64,000 bases of DNA from an uncultured bacterium (GTDB lineage: Bacteria > Patescibacteriota > Minisyncoccia > Phycocordibacterales > GCA-2401445). Both the position numbers and the translations under genes were made by a program. How positions within the stretch are numbered: the first letter of the stretch is position 1; each line of letters starts with the position of its first letter. The stretch lies in the NCBI GenBank assembly GCA_937952265.1, contig CALFYW010000055.1, positions 149,030 through 213,029 of the forward strand, read 5' to 3'. Positions 1 through 9,209 of the stretch are shown here, piece by piece. The notes beneath the pieces were generated by a model that was not told where the DNA came from, ran no database searches, and was given only the letters and a program-made list of their open reading frames with translations.

Positions 1-855
1 AAAGAGCCCGATAATCACCAACGAACCGATAAATCCGAATTCTTCTGCGGCTACCGCGAAAATGGAATCTCCGACTGGTTCGGGAAGAAAGTTAAACTTT
101 TGAACTCCTTGTCCAAATCCCCTACCCCACAAACCTCCAGAACCGATCGCAATAAGCGACTGCTGAATTTGATACCCTGAGCCGTGTGGATCTGCTTCAG
201 GATTAAGGAAGGTCGAGAAACGATCGAGAATATAAGGTTTTGAGATAAGAAGAACGCCACTCGCGATGATTCCGATGAGGAGGATGATTGCTATATCTCG
301 CATGCGAGCTCCGGCAGTTAAAAACATTCCGAGCGCGGCAAACGATATGATTAAGAGAGTTCCCACATCTGGTTGGAGCGCGAGCATTCCCCCTACTATG
401 GCCAAGAGAATCACGATAGGGAGTAATCCAAAAGACATCTTTTGAATCTTTTCTCGTATACCTGAAAGCCATGCCGCAAGATAAATCACAAATCCAAATT
501 TGAGAAACTCGGCTGGCTGAAAGGTAAATCCGAATATTCCAACCCACCGCTGTGCCCCATTATGTTCGATACCAATCCCGGGTATGAATACGAGTCCGGT
601 AAGCATGAGCGCGCCTAGAAAAATGTAAAATGCGTGCTTTCGCCAAAATCGATAGGGTATGTTGGAAGTGATAATGAGCGCAATGGCCCCAAGTATAAGG
701 CCAATGAAAGTCTGTCGAAGAAGAATTGATGAAAAGGATGCTCCATCACGGGCATGGAGTCCCATAGATGCTGAAATAAAAATTAAGAATCCAGCAAAAA
801 GAATCGTGATAATGCAAATCAGGAATGGTTTGTCAACCGTACTTTTTCTTCGCAT
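1..855 (-). CDS. ftsW: FtsW/RodA/SpoVE SEDS peptidoglycan glycosyltransferase (3' end runs off the window)
   Basis: Manual translation from the ATG at 855: MRRKSTVDKPF...GAQRW...FQPAEFLK...LQPDVGT...GYQIQQSLIAIGSGG...FLPEPVGDSIFAVAAEEFGF. These are SEDS motifs; the gene follows mraY. Absent from the ORF track because it has no stop in the window. Confidence 0.93.
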   Translation of the reverse strand, partial: MRRKSTVDKPFLICIITILFAGFLIFISASMGLHARDGASFSSILLRQTFIGLILGAIALIITSNIPYRFWRKHAFYIFLGALMLTGLVFIPGIGIEHNGAQRWVGIFGFTFQPAEFLKFGFVIYLAAWLSGIREKIQKMSFGLLPIVILLAIVGGMLALQPDVGTLLIISFAALGMFLTAGARMRDIAIILLIGIIASGVLLISKPYILDRFSTFLNPEADPHGSGYQIQQSLIAIGSGGLWGRGFGQGVQKFNFLPEPVGDSIFAVAAEEFGFIGSLVIIGLF

Positions 856-861
856 GTCTTC

Positions 862-1917
862 TTATCCAATAAGCGCGATAATGAGTCCAACCATAGCGAA
901 AATAACCGTAAGAATCCAAAATCGCATGGTAACTTTATAACCCGGCCATCCTAAGGCTTCAAAGTGGTGATGGATTGGGGCGATGAGAAACAGCTTCCTT
1001 CCAAGGAATTTCTTTGAAGCAATTTGCAAAATGACTGAAAATGAAACTGCAAAAAGCGGGAACGCAATAATCGGCAACACCGCCACCTGTTCAGTAAGGA
1101 ATGCGACTACGGTAAGGCTTGTGGTGAGGCCAAGCACGCCGGTCTCTGACATATAGAATCGTGCCGGTGGAATATTAAACCAGAGGAATGCGAGTATTCC
1201 TCCTACCACTACCGCGCAGAATGCCGCAAGGTCAATTTGGTTCTGAAAGAAAGAGATTACCCCATAGGCTGAAAAAATAATCGCCATGACCCCTCCTGCA
1301 AGGCCGTCAATGCCATCAATCACTCCTCCCGAAAATACCGCAATCATAATCAATACAAAAGTAGGTATAAATAACCAACCAAGCGCGAGTGGGCCTGAAA
1401 AAGGAATGATGATTGATGCCACCTCAAGCTTATCAAAGAACCACCATGCACCAATAAGACCAATGATTCCAACAACGAGAATCCTAATGCTTAATGGAAT
1501 TCCTCCCGCGATGTATCCGCCTTTACCGCCAACGGTAAGGAAGTCATCGATAAGCCCCAGTATTGAGGCGCTGATAAGGGTAAAGAGCGGAAGCCAGGTT
1601 TGGTTTCGACTCAGGAAATCGAGCTTGCTTGTAATTTCTCCCGGAAAGAAAAATGAAATAATCCAAATACAAGCAATCGTCAATATCACACTTCCCCAAA
1701 TAACGATTCCGCCCATACGAGGGGTATTTACCTCTTTATCTTTATGGAGTTTATTGAAAAGCGGAGTCTCTCCTCCGCCGAGTGCCTGTGTACGCGCTTT
1801 CTTTTTCCACATTTTGTGGGCGTAGAGATAGTGCGTAATGATAGGGGTAATCGCAACACCAATGGTAAACGAAATGGTTAAAGGAAAAAATACCTTAACT
1901 ACATCAATGATCATCAT
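862..1917 (-). CDS. mraY: Phospho-N-acetylmuramoyl-pentapeptide transferase MraY
   Basis: TPRMGG, GLIDD, DGIDGL, FLWFNIPPARFYMSETG and APIHHHFE motifs; polytopic membrane protein. Confidence 0.95.
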   Translation of the reverse strand: MMIIDVVKVFFPLTISFTIGVAITPIITHYLYAHKMWKKKARTQALGGGETPLFNKLHKDKEVNTPRMGGIVIWGSVILTIACIWIISFFFPGEITSKLDFLSRNQTWLPLFTLISASILGLIDDFLTVGGKGGYIAGGIPLSIRILVVGIIGLIGAWWFFDKLEVASIIIPFSGPLALGWLFIPTFVLIMIAVFSGGVIDGIDGLAGGVMAIIFSAYGVISFFQNQIDLAAFCAVVVGGILAFLWFNIPPARFYMSETGVLGLTTSLTVVAFLTEQVAVLPIIAFPLFAVSFSVILQIASKKFLGRKLFLIAPIHHHFEALGWPGYKVTMRFWILTVIFAMVGLIIALIG

Positions 1918-2906
1918 AGTGTGTTATCTCTCTCAAGAATTTGATCCTCGTACGCAAGATACTCAAGGGCAGCCCATACCAGTTTCTCCACATCTTTAAA
2001 GCGGTCTTCATACGTTGAGCCAAGTGCCACTACCACGATGGGGTGTCCAATACCCGCGTCAAATATAACCGCGAGATTTCCTCCCGCAAGCGCGGTAAAA
2101 CCGGTTTTTGAACCCAAGAGCCCAGGAATCTGGTTTACCGATTCATTCGTATTCGTCAATTCATGGGAGAGTTCACTTAATGAGGTGATCGTGAGGTTTT
2201 GATAGCGGGTCGCATCGAGAATGTAGGGATAATGTTCTAAAATATAGGAGAATAGCATTCCTACATCTCGAGCAGATCCATAGGCGCCAGAGAGCGTATC
2301 CGTAACATCAAGCCCCGATTCATTGATGAAGTAGGTTTGCGTTAAACCAAGTTCTTTTGCAACCGTATTCATTGCATCGATAAAGTGAATGGTGCTCGAA
2401 GTGGCGGTAGTCCTGTTTTCCGGTTTCTTGGTGATAAACGCGCTACCCACGGACGCGATCGCCGACGCGCCGTCGTTTGAGGAAGTAACAAGCGTATAAT
2501 CAAGCAAATCTTTTACATCCCATTCTTCGTGCATATAAAGCCCTGTGTCTCCCTCCGCGCGTAGGTCGTCGGCTGATATCGTGATGGTGTTGTAGAGCGG
2601 AATTTTTTCAGCAGCCACCAGCGCGGTCATTGCTTTGGTTATGGATGCGAGTGGGACTTGCAGTTCTGCATTATGCGCGTAAAGAACCTTCTGCTCTCTC
2701 ACGTCGTAGACATAGGAAGCGTTAGCCATAAGCTCAAGGGATTCAAAGGGGTTTGCAAGTTGCGGTTTTTCATTTCCCGCGTCTGGTTTTTGTGCCTGAC
2801 CTACTGGTTTGGTGTTTGGAGTAAATGCGGGAATGAAAGAGAGCGTAATGATTGCCCCCATGAGGAGTGAGATCGCAAAAAATTGTCGTTGTGTTTCTGT
2901 GGTCAT
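1914..2906 (-). CDS. D-alanyl-D-alanine carboxypeptidase (peptidase S11) with N-terminal membrane anchor
   Basis: ASITK (SxxK), SSND (SxN) and KTG motifs. Start moved to ATG 2906 (MTTETQ) to avoid overlap with scpB. Confidence 0.9.
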   Translation of the reverse strand: MTTETQRQFFAISLLMGAIITLSFIPAFTPNTKPVGQAQKPDAGNEKPQLANPFESLELMANASYVYDVREQKVLYAHNAELQVPLASITKAMTALVAAEKIPLYNTITISADDLRAEGDTGLYMHEEWDVKDLLDYTLVTSSNDGASAIASVGSAFITKKPENRTTATSSTIHFIDAMNTVAKELGLTQTYFINESGLDVTDTLSGAYGSARDVGMLFSYILEHYPYILDATRYQNLTITSLSELSHELTNTNESVNQIPGLLGSKTGFTALAGGNLAVIFDAGIGHPIVVVALGSTYEDRFKDVEKLVWAALEYLAYEDQILERDNTL

Positions 2907-2913
2907 ATATTGT

Positions 2914-3468
2914 TTATCGTGGTGCTTCTTGACCCTCCTCTTCTTGGTGTTGAATGCGCTCGATCTCATTTTTGATATTTTCAAACTGAGGGAGCGCTTC
3001 TCTTGACTCTACGCCCAAGAATGAAAGCAGTTCAATGGTTGCCTGATAAAGAAAACCTCGTTGGTCATGTGGATTGTTAATTTTCTCAATTAAACCTCGA
3101 ATCAAAAGATTGCGAAGAATAAACGATGAGTTGACTCCGCGGATATAATCGATTTGCGATCGGGTAACAGGGCCCTGGTAGAGAATAATTGAAAGTGTTT
3201 CGAGCCCAGCACGGCCAATATCTTTTTCCAGTTCTTCTTTAGTAAGCTTCTCTATAATACCAGAAACAAGGGGTGCTGTGGCAAGCGAAACAGATTCGTT
3301 GTTCTCGATAAGCCGTATTCCCCGCTCCTGAAGTTCTTTACGCAGTGTTTCAAGAGCTTCTTTTATTTCACTAGTATTGCTCGAGAGAATTTCTGCAAGC
3401 TCGGAGATCTTCATTGGTTCCCCCTTCCAAAACAATACCCCTTCAATTTTTGCAATGAGCGTATGCAT
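2914..3468 (-). CDS. scpB: SMC-Scp complex subunit ScpB
   Basis: LETLSIILYQGPVTRSQIDYIRGVNS motif; adjacent to scpA. Confidence 0.95.
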   Translation of the reverse strand: MHTLIAKIEGVLFWKGEPMKISELAEILSSNTSEIKEALETLRKELQERGIRLIENNESVSLATAPLVSGIIEKLTKEELEKDIGRAGLETLSIILYQGPVTRSQIDYIRGVNSSFILRNLLIRGLIEKINNPHDQRGFLYQATIELLSFLGVESREALPQFENIKNEIERIQHQEEEGQEAPR

Positions 3469-3473
3469 GTCTT

Positions 3474-4205
3474 TTAATAACGCGGAGTTTGAACCTCCTT
3501 GCTTTCAATGTGGATATCATCAAAATCTCGATGTTGGGTAACGAGAATTATTCCTCTTTTGACCAATTCAAGCATTGCGAGGAAGCTTACGATCACGGTC
3601 TTTTTGTCGGATTCGTGGTGTGATTTCGAAAAATCTCGAAACGTGAGTTGCATCTGTTGTTGCATTTTTTCTCCCAATCGAGTAATCATTTCCTCAAGAC
3701 TGATTACTTTCTCTACCACTGTCTTTGGGAGGGTTTCCTTTTTAGGGATACGAGAAAGAAGCATCTTTATTGCCCCTTCAAGGGTCTCTTGAGTAATATC
3801 ATTTCCTGGAGTGAAGTATATGTCTTGCTGAGAGAGAATTCTCTGCCGTGGGAATAGTACTGAGGTTCCAAATTTTGATTTAATCTCTCGAGAGACATCC
3901 CTGATGCACTGATAGATCGCAAGGCGTTGCTCGAGATCTTTAATGTCAGTTTGCTCTTCTTCCGTAAGAGAGAGCGTGGGAAGCAGTGATTTTGATTTAA
4001 TGAGGAGGAGCGTTGAAGCAATAAGAATAAACTGCGCAGTATCCGCAGTAGGAAAATCATTGTGTGTTTCGATATAGGTAATAAAATCATCCGTCACTTG
4101 GGCAAGGGAAACATCATTAATGAGCAAACGCCGTTTCTCGATCAAGTTTAAGAGGAGCTCAAGTGGCCCTTCGAAGACGGATGTTTTTACGGTGTACGTT
4201 TGCAT
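3474..4205 (-). CDS. scpA: Segregation/condensation protein ScpA (kleisin)
   Basis: FEGPLELLLNLI N-terminus, LLLIKSKSLLP, FLAMLELVK C-terminal winged helix. Confidence 0.95.
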   Translation of the reverse strand: MQTYTVKTSVFEGPLELLLNLIEKRRLLINDVSLAQVTDDFITYIETHNDFPTADTAQFILIASTLLLIKSKSLLPTLSLTEEEQTDIKDLEQRLAIYQCIRDVSREIKSKFGTSVLFPRQRILSQQDIYFTPGNDITQETLEGAIKMLLSRIPKKETLPKTVVEKVISLEEMITRLGEKMQQQMQLTFRDFSKSHHESDKKTVIVSFLAMLELVKRGIILVTQHRDFDDIHIESKEVQTPRY

Positions 4206-4207
4206 AA

Positions 4208-5536
4208 TTACGAATGAAGTAAGGTGTCAATACGATGTATATCACGTGGAAAAAGAGACGCCTCTTTTACGTTTTCGATTCCGAGTAAGCGCGCCGTGAG
4301 GCGCTCCAAACCAGTGCCGAATCCTCCATGTGGAGGCATGCCGTATTTAAATGCCTGAAGGTAGAATGAGAATTTCTGAGGATCAAGTTTTTTCTTTTCC
4401 ATCGACCTGAGTAGTTGCTCATAATCATGGATCCGCTGCCCACCAGTAGTGATTTCAAGCCCTCGGAAAAGTAAATCAAAACCTCCCGCGTATCCAGGAT
4501 CATGAGGATCTTCATAGGTATACATCGGCCGTTTTGACAACGGGAAATGGGTAATAAAGATAAAATCCGAATTTAATTTTTCTTTTGCGTAGGTGCCAAT
4601 CCAGCGCTCATGCTGAGGTTCGAGATCGGGTTCATTGCTGATGTTTTGCCCAGTTTCTTTTTCGATCAATGCTTGTGCTTCGCGCAGTTTCATTTGAGGA
4701 ATTTGCTTCGGAATATCGGGGAGTGTTGCGTTAAGGAGTTTGAGTTCGCGCGCGACGTGTTTTTCTAAATAGGTATTGAGGTGGTGTAAGAATTGGGTTT
4801 TGATGTTTGTGATATCCGTGTAGTCACTGATAAAACCCATCTCTGCGTCGAGGCTGGTGTACTCATTGAGATGCCTACTGGTACTGTGGAGTTCAGCACG
4901 GTAGACATTACCAATCGCGAATACTCGCTCATACACGCCGACCATAATCTGTTTATAGAACTGCGGGCTTTGCGCGAGGCTCGCCTGATAGCCAAAATAT
5001 TCTGTTTTGAAAGTCTGTGCTCCACCTTCTGCGTCTTCCCCAATGATTTTTGGCGCTTGTATTTCAGTAAAGAGATTGTGATTAAAAAACTCACGAAATG
5101 CTTGCACGATCGTAGCCTGAATTTTAAAAATAGCCCGAGGGCGTTCAGCCCGTAAGGTAAATGGAAGATGGTCGAGGTATGTTTCTATACCGACATCAGC
5201 GCCTCGCTCGAATGGCAACTCCTGGGCTTTTGATAGGATGGTGATTTCTTCTGCTTCAAGCTCGAGAGTGCCATTCTGCTCACCTTCTTTAACCATCGCT
5301 CTCGGGCGCTCATGAACGGTCCCGAGTACTTGCACGCTCCACTCGGGGCGAATTGTTTGTGCTATCTGATGTACTTCTGGATGTGAAGGAAGGATAACGA
5401 CTTGGAGTTTCCCCGTGAGATCTCGTATTTCAAAAAAGATGAGTTTCCCGTGGTCCCGTCGAATGTTAATTGAGCCCATAATGAGCACCTTCTTTTCAAT
5501 GTGATTTTCTAAATCAGTGAGTAGTATTCGTTCCAT
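4208..5536 (-). CDS. aspS: Aspartate--tRNA(Asp/Asn) ligase, short non-discriminating type
   Basis: OB-fold N-terminus, LAQSPQFYKQ, YRAE..STSRHLNEY, GGQRIH, GMPPHGGFGTGLERL; 442 aa with no GAD insert. gatB is in the window. Confidence 0.9.
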   Translation of the reverse strand: MERILLTDLENHIEKKVLIMGSINIRRDHGKLIFFEIRDLTGKLQVVILPSHPEVHQIAQTIRPEWSVQVLGTVHERPRAMVKEGEQNGTLELEAEEITILSKAQELPFERGADVGIETYLDHLPFTLRAERPRAIFKIQATIVQAFREFFNHNLFTEIQAPKIIGEDAEGGAQTFKTEYFGYQASLAQSPQFYKQIMVGVYERVFAIGNVYRAELHSTSRHLNEYTSLDAEMGFISDYTDITNIKTQFLHHLNTYLEKHVARELKLLNATLPDIPKQIPQMKLREAQALIEKETGQNISNEPDLEPQHERWIGTYAKEKLNSDFIFITHFPLSKRPMYTYEDPHDPGYAGGFDLLFRGLEITTGGQRIHDYEQLLRSMEKKKLDPQKFSFYLQAFKYGMPPHGGFGTGLERLTARLLGIENVKEASLFPRDIHRIDTLLHS

Positions 5537-5545
5537 AGAAATATA

Positions 5546-6523
5546 TTAAGCTAATGTAACCCCAATCTTTTTTCGGATAATAGACATGGTCTTTTCTGCT
5601 TGTATTTGAGCTTTTTGAGCGCCTTTATTGAGTATGTCTTCTACTGCCCTCTTTTCTTTTTCGAGCTCACTTCGGCGCGTTCGAAGCGGAGCAATAAATT
5701 TTTCAATGTGCGCTATAAGCATTTCTTTTGATTCATGGTATCCAATATCCCCTTCTTGGTATCGCTTTCGGAGTTCATCGAGTGTTTCGGGTGGGAGGAA
5801 TAGCTTGTGGAGCGAGAAAATAGTACATGTTTCAGGATCTTTAGGCTCAGTTTTCCCTTTTGAGTCAGTAGGAATACTCATAACACCTTTTTCTATTTCT
5901 TCTGGCGAAGCGAAAAGCGGAATCGTGTTTTGGTAGCTCTTACTCATTTTCCGTCCGTCAGTCCCTGGCACGGTTTTTACGTTATCGAGAATAACTGGCT
6001 CAGGAACTGAGAATGTTTCTCCAAATGTTCGATTAAACTCGAGCGTGGTATTTCGTGCAATCTCGATATGTTGTTTCTGATCGCTTCCCACGGGAACATG
6101 GTCCGCGTTATAAAGCAGAATATCTGCGGCCATCAAAATGGGATAGGTAAACGTGCCGACATTAATCTCCTTATTTTTTTCTTTCGCGTCTTTGTATGCG
6201 TGCGCCCGCATCAAATACGGCATGGTAGTAATACAACTAAAAATCCATGCCAGCTCAGCGTGTTGAGAAACACTCGATTGTTTAAAAATCGTAGCCTGTG
6301 TTGGATCAATGCCGACCGCCAGATAATCGAGAGTGATGTCAATAATATTTTTTCTTAGTTCACTCGGGTCATGGAGGGTGGTGAGGGCATGGTAATCCGC
6401 AATGAAGATAAAAGTCTCGTAGCGTTTTTGAAGGTCCACGAGTTGCTTAATCGCACCAAAATAATTCCCAATATGTATTCGCCCGGTTGGTTTTATACCC
6501 GAAAGAAGCCTTTCCCTTTTCAT
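5546..6523 (-). CDS. trpS: Tryptophan--tRNA ligase
   Basis: SGIKPTGRIHIGNY, YPILMAADIL, VPVGSDQKQH and KMSKS motifs. Start at 6523 (MKRERL) has a -10 box 7 nt upstream. Confidence 0.96.
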   Translation of the reverse strand: MKRERLLSGIKPTGRIHIGNYFGAIKQLVDLQKRYETFIFIADYHALTTLHDPSELRKNIIDITLDYLAVGIDPTQATIFKQSSVSQHAELAWIFSCITTMPYLMRAHAYKDAKEKNKEINVGTFTYPILMAADILLYNADHVPVGSDQKQHIEIARNTTLEFNRTFGETFSVPEPVILDNVKTVPGTDGRKMSKSYQNTIPLFASPEEIEKGVMSIPTDSKGKTEPKDPETCTIFSLHKLFLPPETLDELRKRYQEGDIGYHESKEMLIAHIEKFIAPLRTRRSELEKEKRAVEDILNKGAQKAQIQAEKTMSIIRKKIGVTLA

Positions 6524-6537
6524 GCTAAAAAGCATAG

Positions 6538-6563
6538 CAAAATTGGGCTAAAGTGGAAAGTGG
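6538..6563. repeat. 26-bp direct repeat, copy 1 (CAAAATTGGGCTAAAGTGGAAAGTGG)
   Basis: Identical to 9210-9235; lies in the trpS upstream/promoter region. Confidence 0.9.
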
Positions 6564-6744
6564 GACTGTGGGTGGATTATGGAATTCCTCCATCTGATTA
6601 TAAAATCACAAGGTCGGTCACATCCCTTTTAAGTTTTTCGTGGTGTAATTTAATTTATCTTGGTTTATCATAATTTCGTTATCCGTTTTCTATATTGTGA
6701 GTCTTCCTATCGAATCCCCATCAGTAAGGATGACAGATAAGAAG

Positions 6745-6771
6745 AAAACCACCAGTTCATCGGGTGGTTTT
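6745..6771. terminator. Hairpin downstream of the DUF6875-like gene
   Basis: AAAACCACC-9 nt-GGTGGTTTT inverted repeat 3' of the stop at 6787. Confidence 0.5.
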
Positions 6772-6786
6772 TGTCTTTTTGAATAT

Positions 6787-7515
6787 TTATAACAAGAAAA
6801 AGGCGATAAATAAAAATATTAAAATGAATGTAACTAATTTTATGAAATTAAACAAACATTGTTTCTTTCTATAAATCATACAGAGCTCATTTCCTTCGCG
6901 AACCATTTTCTGTGTAAATTTACCCTTTTTATTATGAAATATATCAATAAAAGTTTCAAGGAACACGAGCCTTTTTCTGAGGTTATACCGGTGAGAATCA
7001 AGGAATACCAAATCATTTGGAACAATGTCTCTAATCACCAATACGGGCGTTGGTGTCCGAAGGGGATACCAATTCTCATTATGTAAGCTCGGCGCTTGAC
7101 TTGTCGGATAAAGAGCTCCTAACATGAGTGCGTGTTGAACACAGTACTCCTTATTATTGAATTGTAGTTCTAGCAACTTCTCAATATCAAATTGTTTAGG
7201 AAACAGGATAATAATGGCTCCAAAATCGTCATTATCTTTTCGTGAAGAGATATAAAATTCAACACATTCTGTAATCAGTCTTGTACAATCCTGCATCGTG
7301 GCGTCCTCGGCAATTGCGGTAAAAAAGATACGTCGCTTCTTTAATGCCGCATGTACAAAAGGGCAAACTTTTCCTTCCCGAAAAGGATGGTCTGCACAGA
7401 GAAATTGCTGTACATACGGTAACACTTCTTTGTACAATGACGTCACGGAATCAGACGTATATTCCTGACCAAAAGTTTCAACTGTCCAGAAATTTGATAC
7501 TGGATCATGTTTCAT
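6787..7515 (-). CDS. DUF6875-like protein with C-terminal transmembrane anchor
   Basis: FLCADHPFREGKVCPFV, LMLGALYP, PSLHNENWYPLRTPTPVLVIRDIVPNDLVFL match the family pattern as recalled (HP..R.G.VCPF; SL.N..F.PLRSP.P.L.IR.M...D..FL). Hydrophobic C-terminus; SD-like AGAAAGGA. Confidence 0.7.
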   Translation of the reverse strand: MKHDPVSNFWTVETFGQEYTSDSVTSLYKEVLPYVQQFLCADHPFREGKVCPFVHAALKKRRIFFTAIAEDATMQDCTRLITECVEFYISSRKDNDDFGAIIILFPKQFDIEKLLELQFNNKEYCVQHALMLGALYPTSQAPSLHNENWYPLRTPTPVLVIRDIVPNDLVFLDSHRYNLRKRLVFLETFIDIFHNKKGKFTQKMVREGNELCMIYRKKQCLFNFIKLVTFILIFLFIAFFLL

Positions 7516-7564
7516 AGTTATCCTTTCTCGTGATATGTTAAAGAGCCGTCTCTTTTTTTGTTAA

Positions 7565-7602
7565 AATCCCCTGAACATATGCAGGCATATGTTCAGGGGA
7601 TT
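7565..7602. terminator. Perfect 18-bp inverted repeat (hairpin/terminator)
   Basis: AATCCCCTGAACATATGC-AG-GCATATGTTCAGGGGATT. Confidence 0.75.
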
Positions 7603-7643
7603 AACATGTAAGATTGGTTATTTATATTTAAGTACTATAAGTA

Positions 7644-7853
7644 CTACCATTTCCAACCTACGTTATGTGATTGACCCACGCAGAACCAAGAAAAAAATCG
7701 TTTGAAAAAATTTTTCTTGCGCCAGTATCGGTCGGTAAGAACATCGTCTTGTTTGTGTGGGGTAACAAATATGACAGATTTTGGATCAGCGAATTCTGAT
7801 GGCATTAATTTATCCTCCGGGTTCATATATTTTCGCTCCATCTCGTCTCTCAC
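7644..7853 (-). CDS. Small hypothetical protein with aromatic/basic C-terminus
   Basis: 65-69 aa ORF ending RYWRKKNFFKRFFSWFCVGQSHNVGWKW, followed by a strong hairpin. No recognised family. Confidence 0.45.
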   Translation of the reverse strand: MRDEMERKYMNPEDKLMPSEFADPKSVIFVTPHKQDDVLTDRYWRKKNFFKRFFSWFCVGQSHNVGWKW

Positions 7854-8006
7854 AGACTACGCATTTACATTATCTGTCTGTAAAGATACCAAACAAAATA
7901 AAGACTTTTTTAAATGCTAATTCTATGATAGACTCTAATCTGTATCCTGTCAATAGAAACATTAGGTACACTTTTTACAGGATCTTTTTATATTTAAAAA
8001 TGTTTT

Positions 8007-9209
8007 ATGACAAATTTGGAAAAAGCAAGACATAATGTTCTGAGAGAAAATCCGGATTTACCCATGACGCTTAGGTTTGAAGTTTCCCCATCGGAAACCG
8101 TTAACAGACTTTTATCAGTTGTGGATCTTACCCTAGATGACGAAATTAATAACAAAGAGAAAAATATAATTGGTCAAATATACAACCAAATTCTTGTAAA
8201 ATTACGAGAATATAGATTTCCTAACATTACAATTATACGCGGAAACCCTATAGTTAGTGTCGAAGATAATTTTGATAACCTTTTGTTTTCTCCCGGAAAT
8301 CCGGGCAGATCATCAACATATACGCGCTATACTGATGAAGATCATGTATTGAGAACTCATACTTCCGCACTTGTGCCGAGTACATTCAGAAAATTGCAAA
8401 ATAAGCAGAACCCAATGACATTTGTTTTTCCGGGGTTAGTGTATAGGCGCGATGTAATAGACCCCAAGCATCTAGACGTGTTTCATCAACTTGATGTATG
8501 GACTTTACAAGAAAATAAAACGTACGGCACCGCTAATAGAAAGGATTTACTAAGATTGGCAAAGGCTATATTTGAAGCCGCTTGTCCGGGCGCCACAATG
8601 ATAGTATATGAAGCACAACACCCGTACACTATTGATGGTATTGAGGTATATGCGGAAGTAGAAGGACAAAAAATAGAAGTTCTTGAAGCGGGGCTTGCTC
8701 ATCCTGGGGTCTTAAAAAAAGCAGGCATTGATCCACAGCAATACTCAGGACTTGCACTCGGTATGGGGATTGAAAGACTAATCATGGCAAGAAAAGTTTT
8801 GCCGGATATTAGGTTAATTCGTTCAGCTGATCCGCGCATTGTTAAACAAATGACCAATATGGAGAAGTTTGTTTCGGTGTCCAATCAGCCAGCTATGACC
8901 AGGGACATGTCTTATTGTGTTGACAGAAATGATACTGAGGAAGATATTTGTGAAGCAATTAAGGATGCATTTGGAGAAAATAGAGACCTTCTAGAGCAAG
9001 TAGAAGTATTAGAAAGAACGCCTTTTCAGGAGTTAAATTCAGCAGCAAGAAACAGGTTAGGAGCAAATGAAAATCAAGATAATATTTTGGTGAGAATCAC
9101 TTTACGTCACCCTGACAAATCACTTACCAAAGAACAGGCTGCGATATTGTATACTGAGGTGTATCCCAAAATCCATCAAGGAACAACGGAAGGATATCGA
9201 GTTAAATAA
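8007..9209 (+). CDS. PheS-related monomeric ligase (PheRS-alpha catalytic domain plus C-terminal FDX-ACB-like domain; SrmL-like)
   Basis: NFDNLLF, VLRTHTSA, PGLVYRRDVID..H..VFHQLD, EVLEAGL.HP, GLALGMGIERL, then PAMTRDMS...LEQVEV...VRITLRHPDKSLT (FDX-ACB-like). Confidence 0.85.
   Translation: MTNLEKARHNVLRENPDLPMTLRFEVSPSETVNRLLSVVDLTLDDEINNKEKNIIGQIYNQILVKLREYRFPNITIIRGNPIVSVEDNFDNLLFSPGNPGRSSTYTRYTDEDHVLRTHTSALVPSTFRKLQNKQNPMTFVFPGLVYRRDVIDPKHLDVFHQLDVWTLQENKTYGTANRKDLLRLAKAIFEAACPGATMIVYEAQHPYTIDGIEVYAEVEGQKIEVLEAGLAHPGVLKKAGIDPQQYSGLALGMGIERLIMARKVLPDIRLIRSADPRIVKQMTNMEKFVSVSNQPAMTRDMSYCVDRNDTEEDICEAIKDAFGENRDLLEQVEVLERTPFQELNSAARNRLGANENQDNILVRITLRHPDKSLTKEQAAILYTEVYPKIHQGTTEGYRVK

Noticed and set aside
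51-547. ORFs 51-260 and 203-547 suggesting a frameshifted gene
   Set aside because: They are alternative frames inside an intact ftsW that runs off the window edge.
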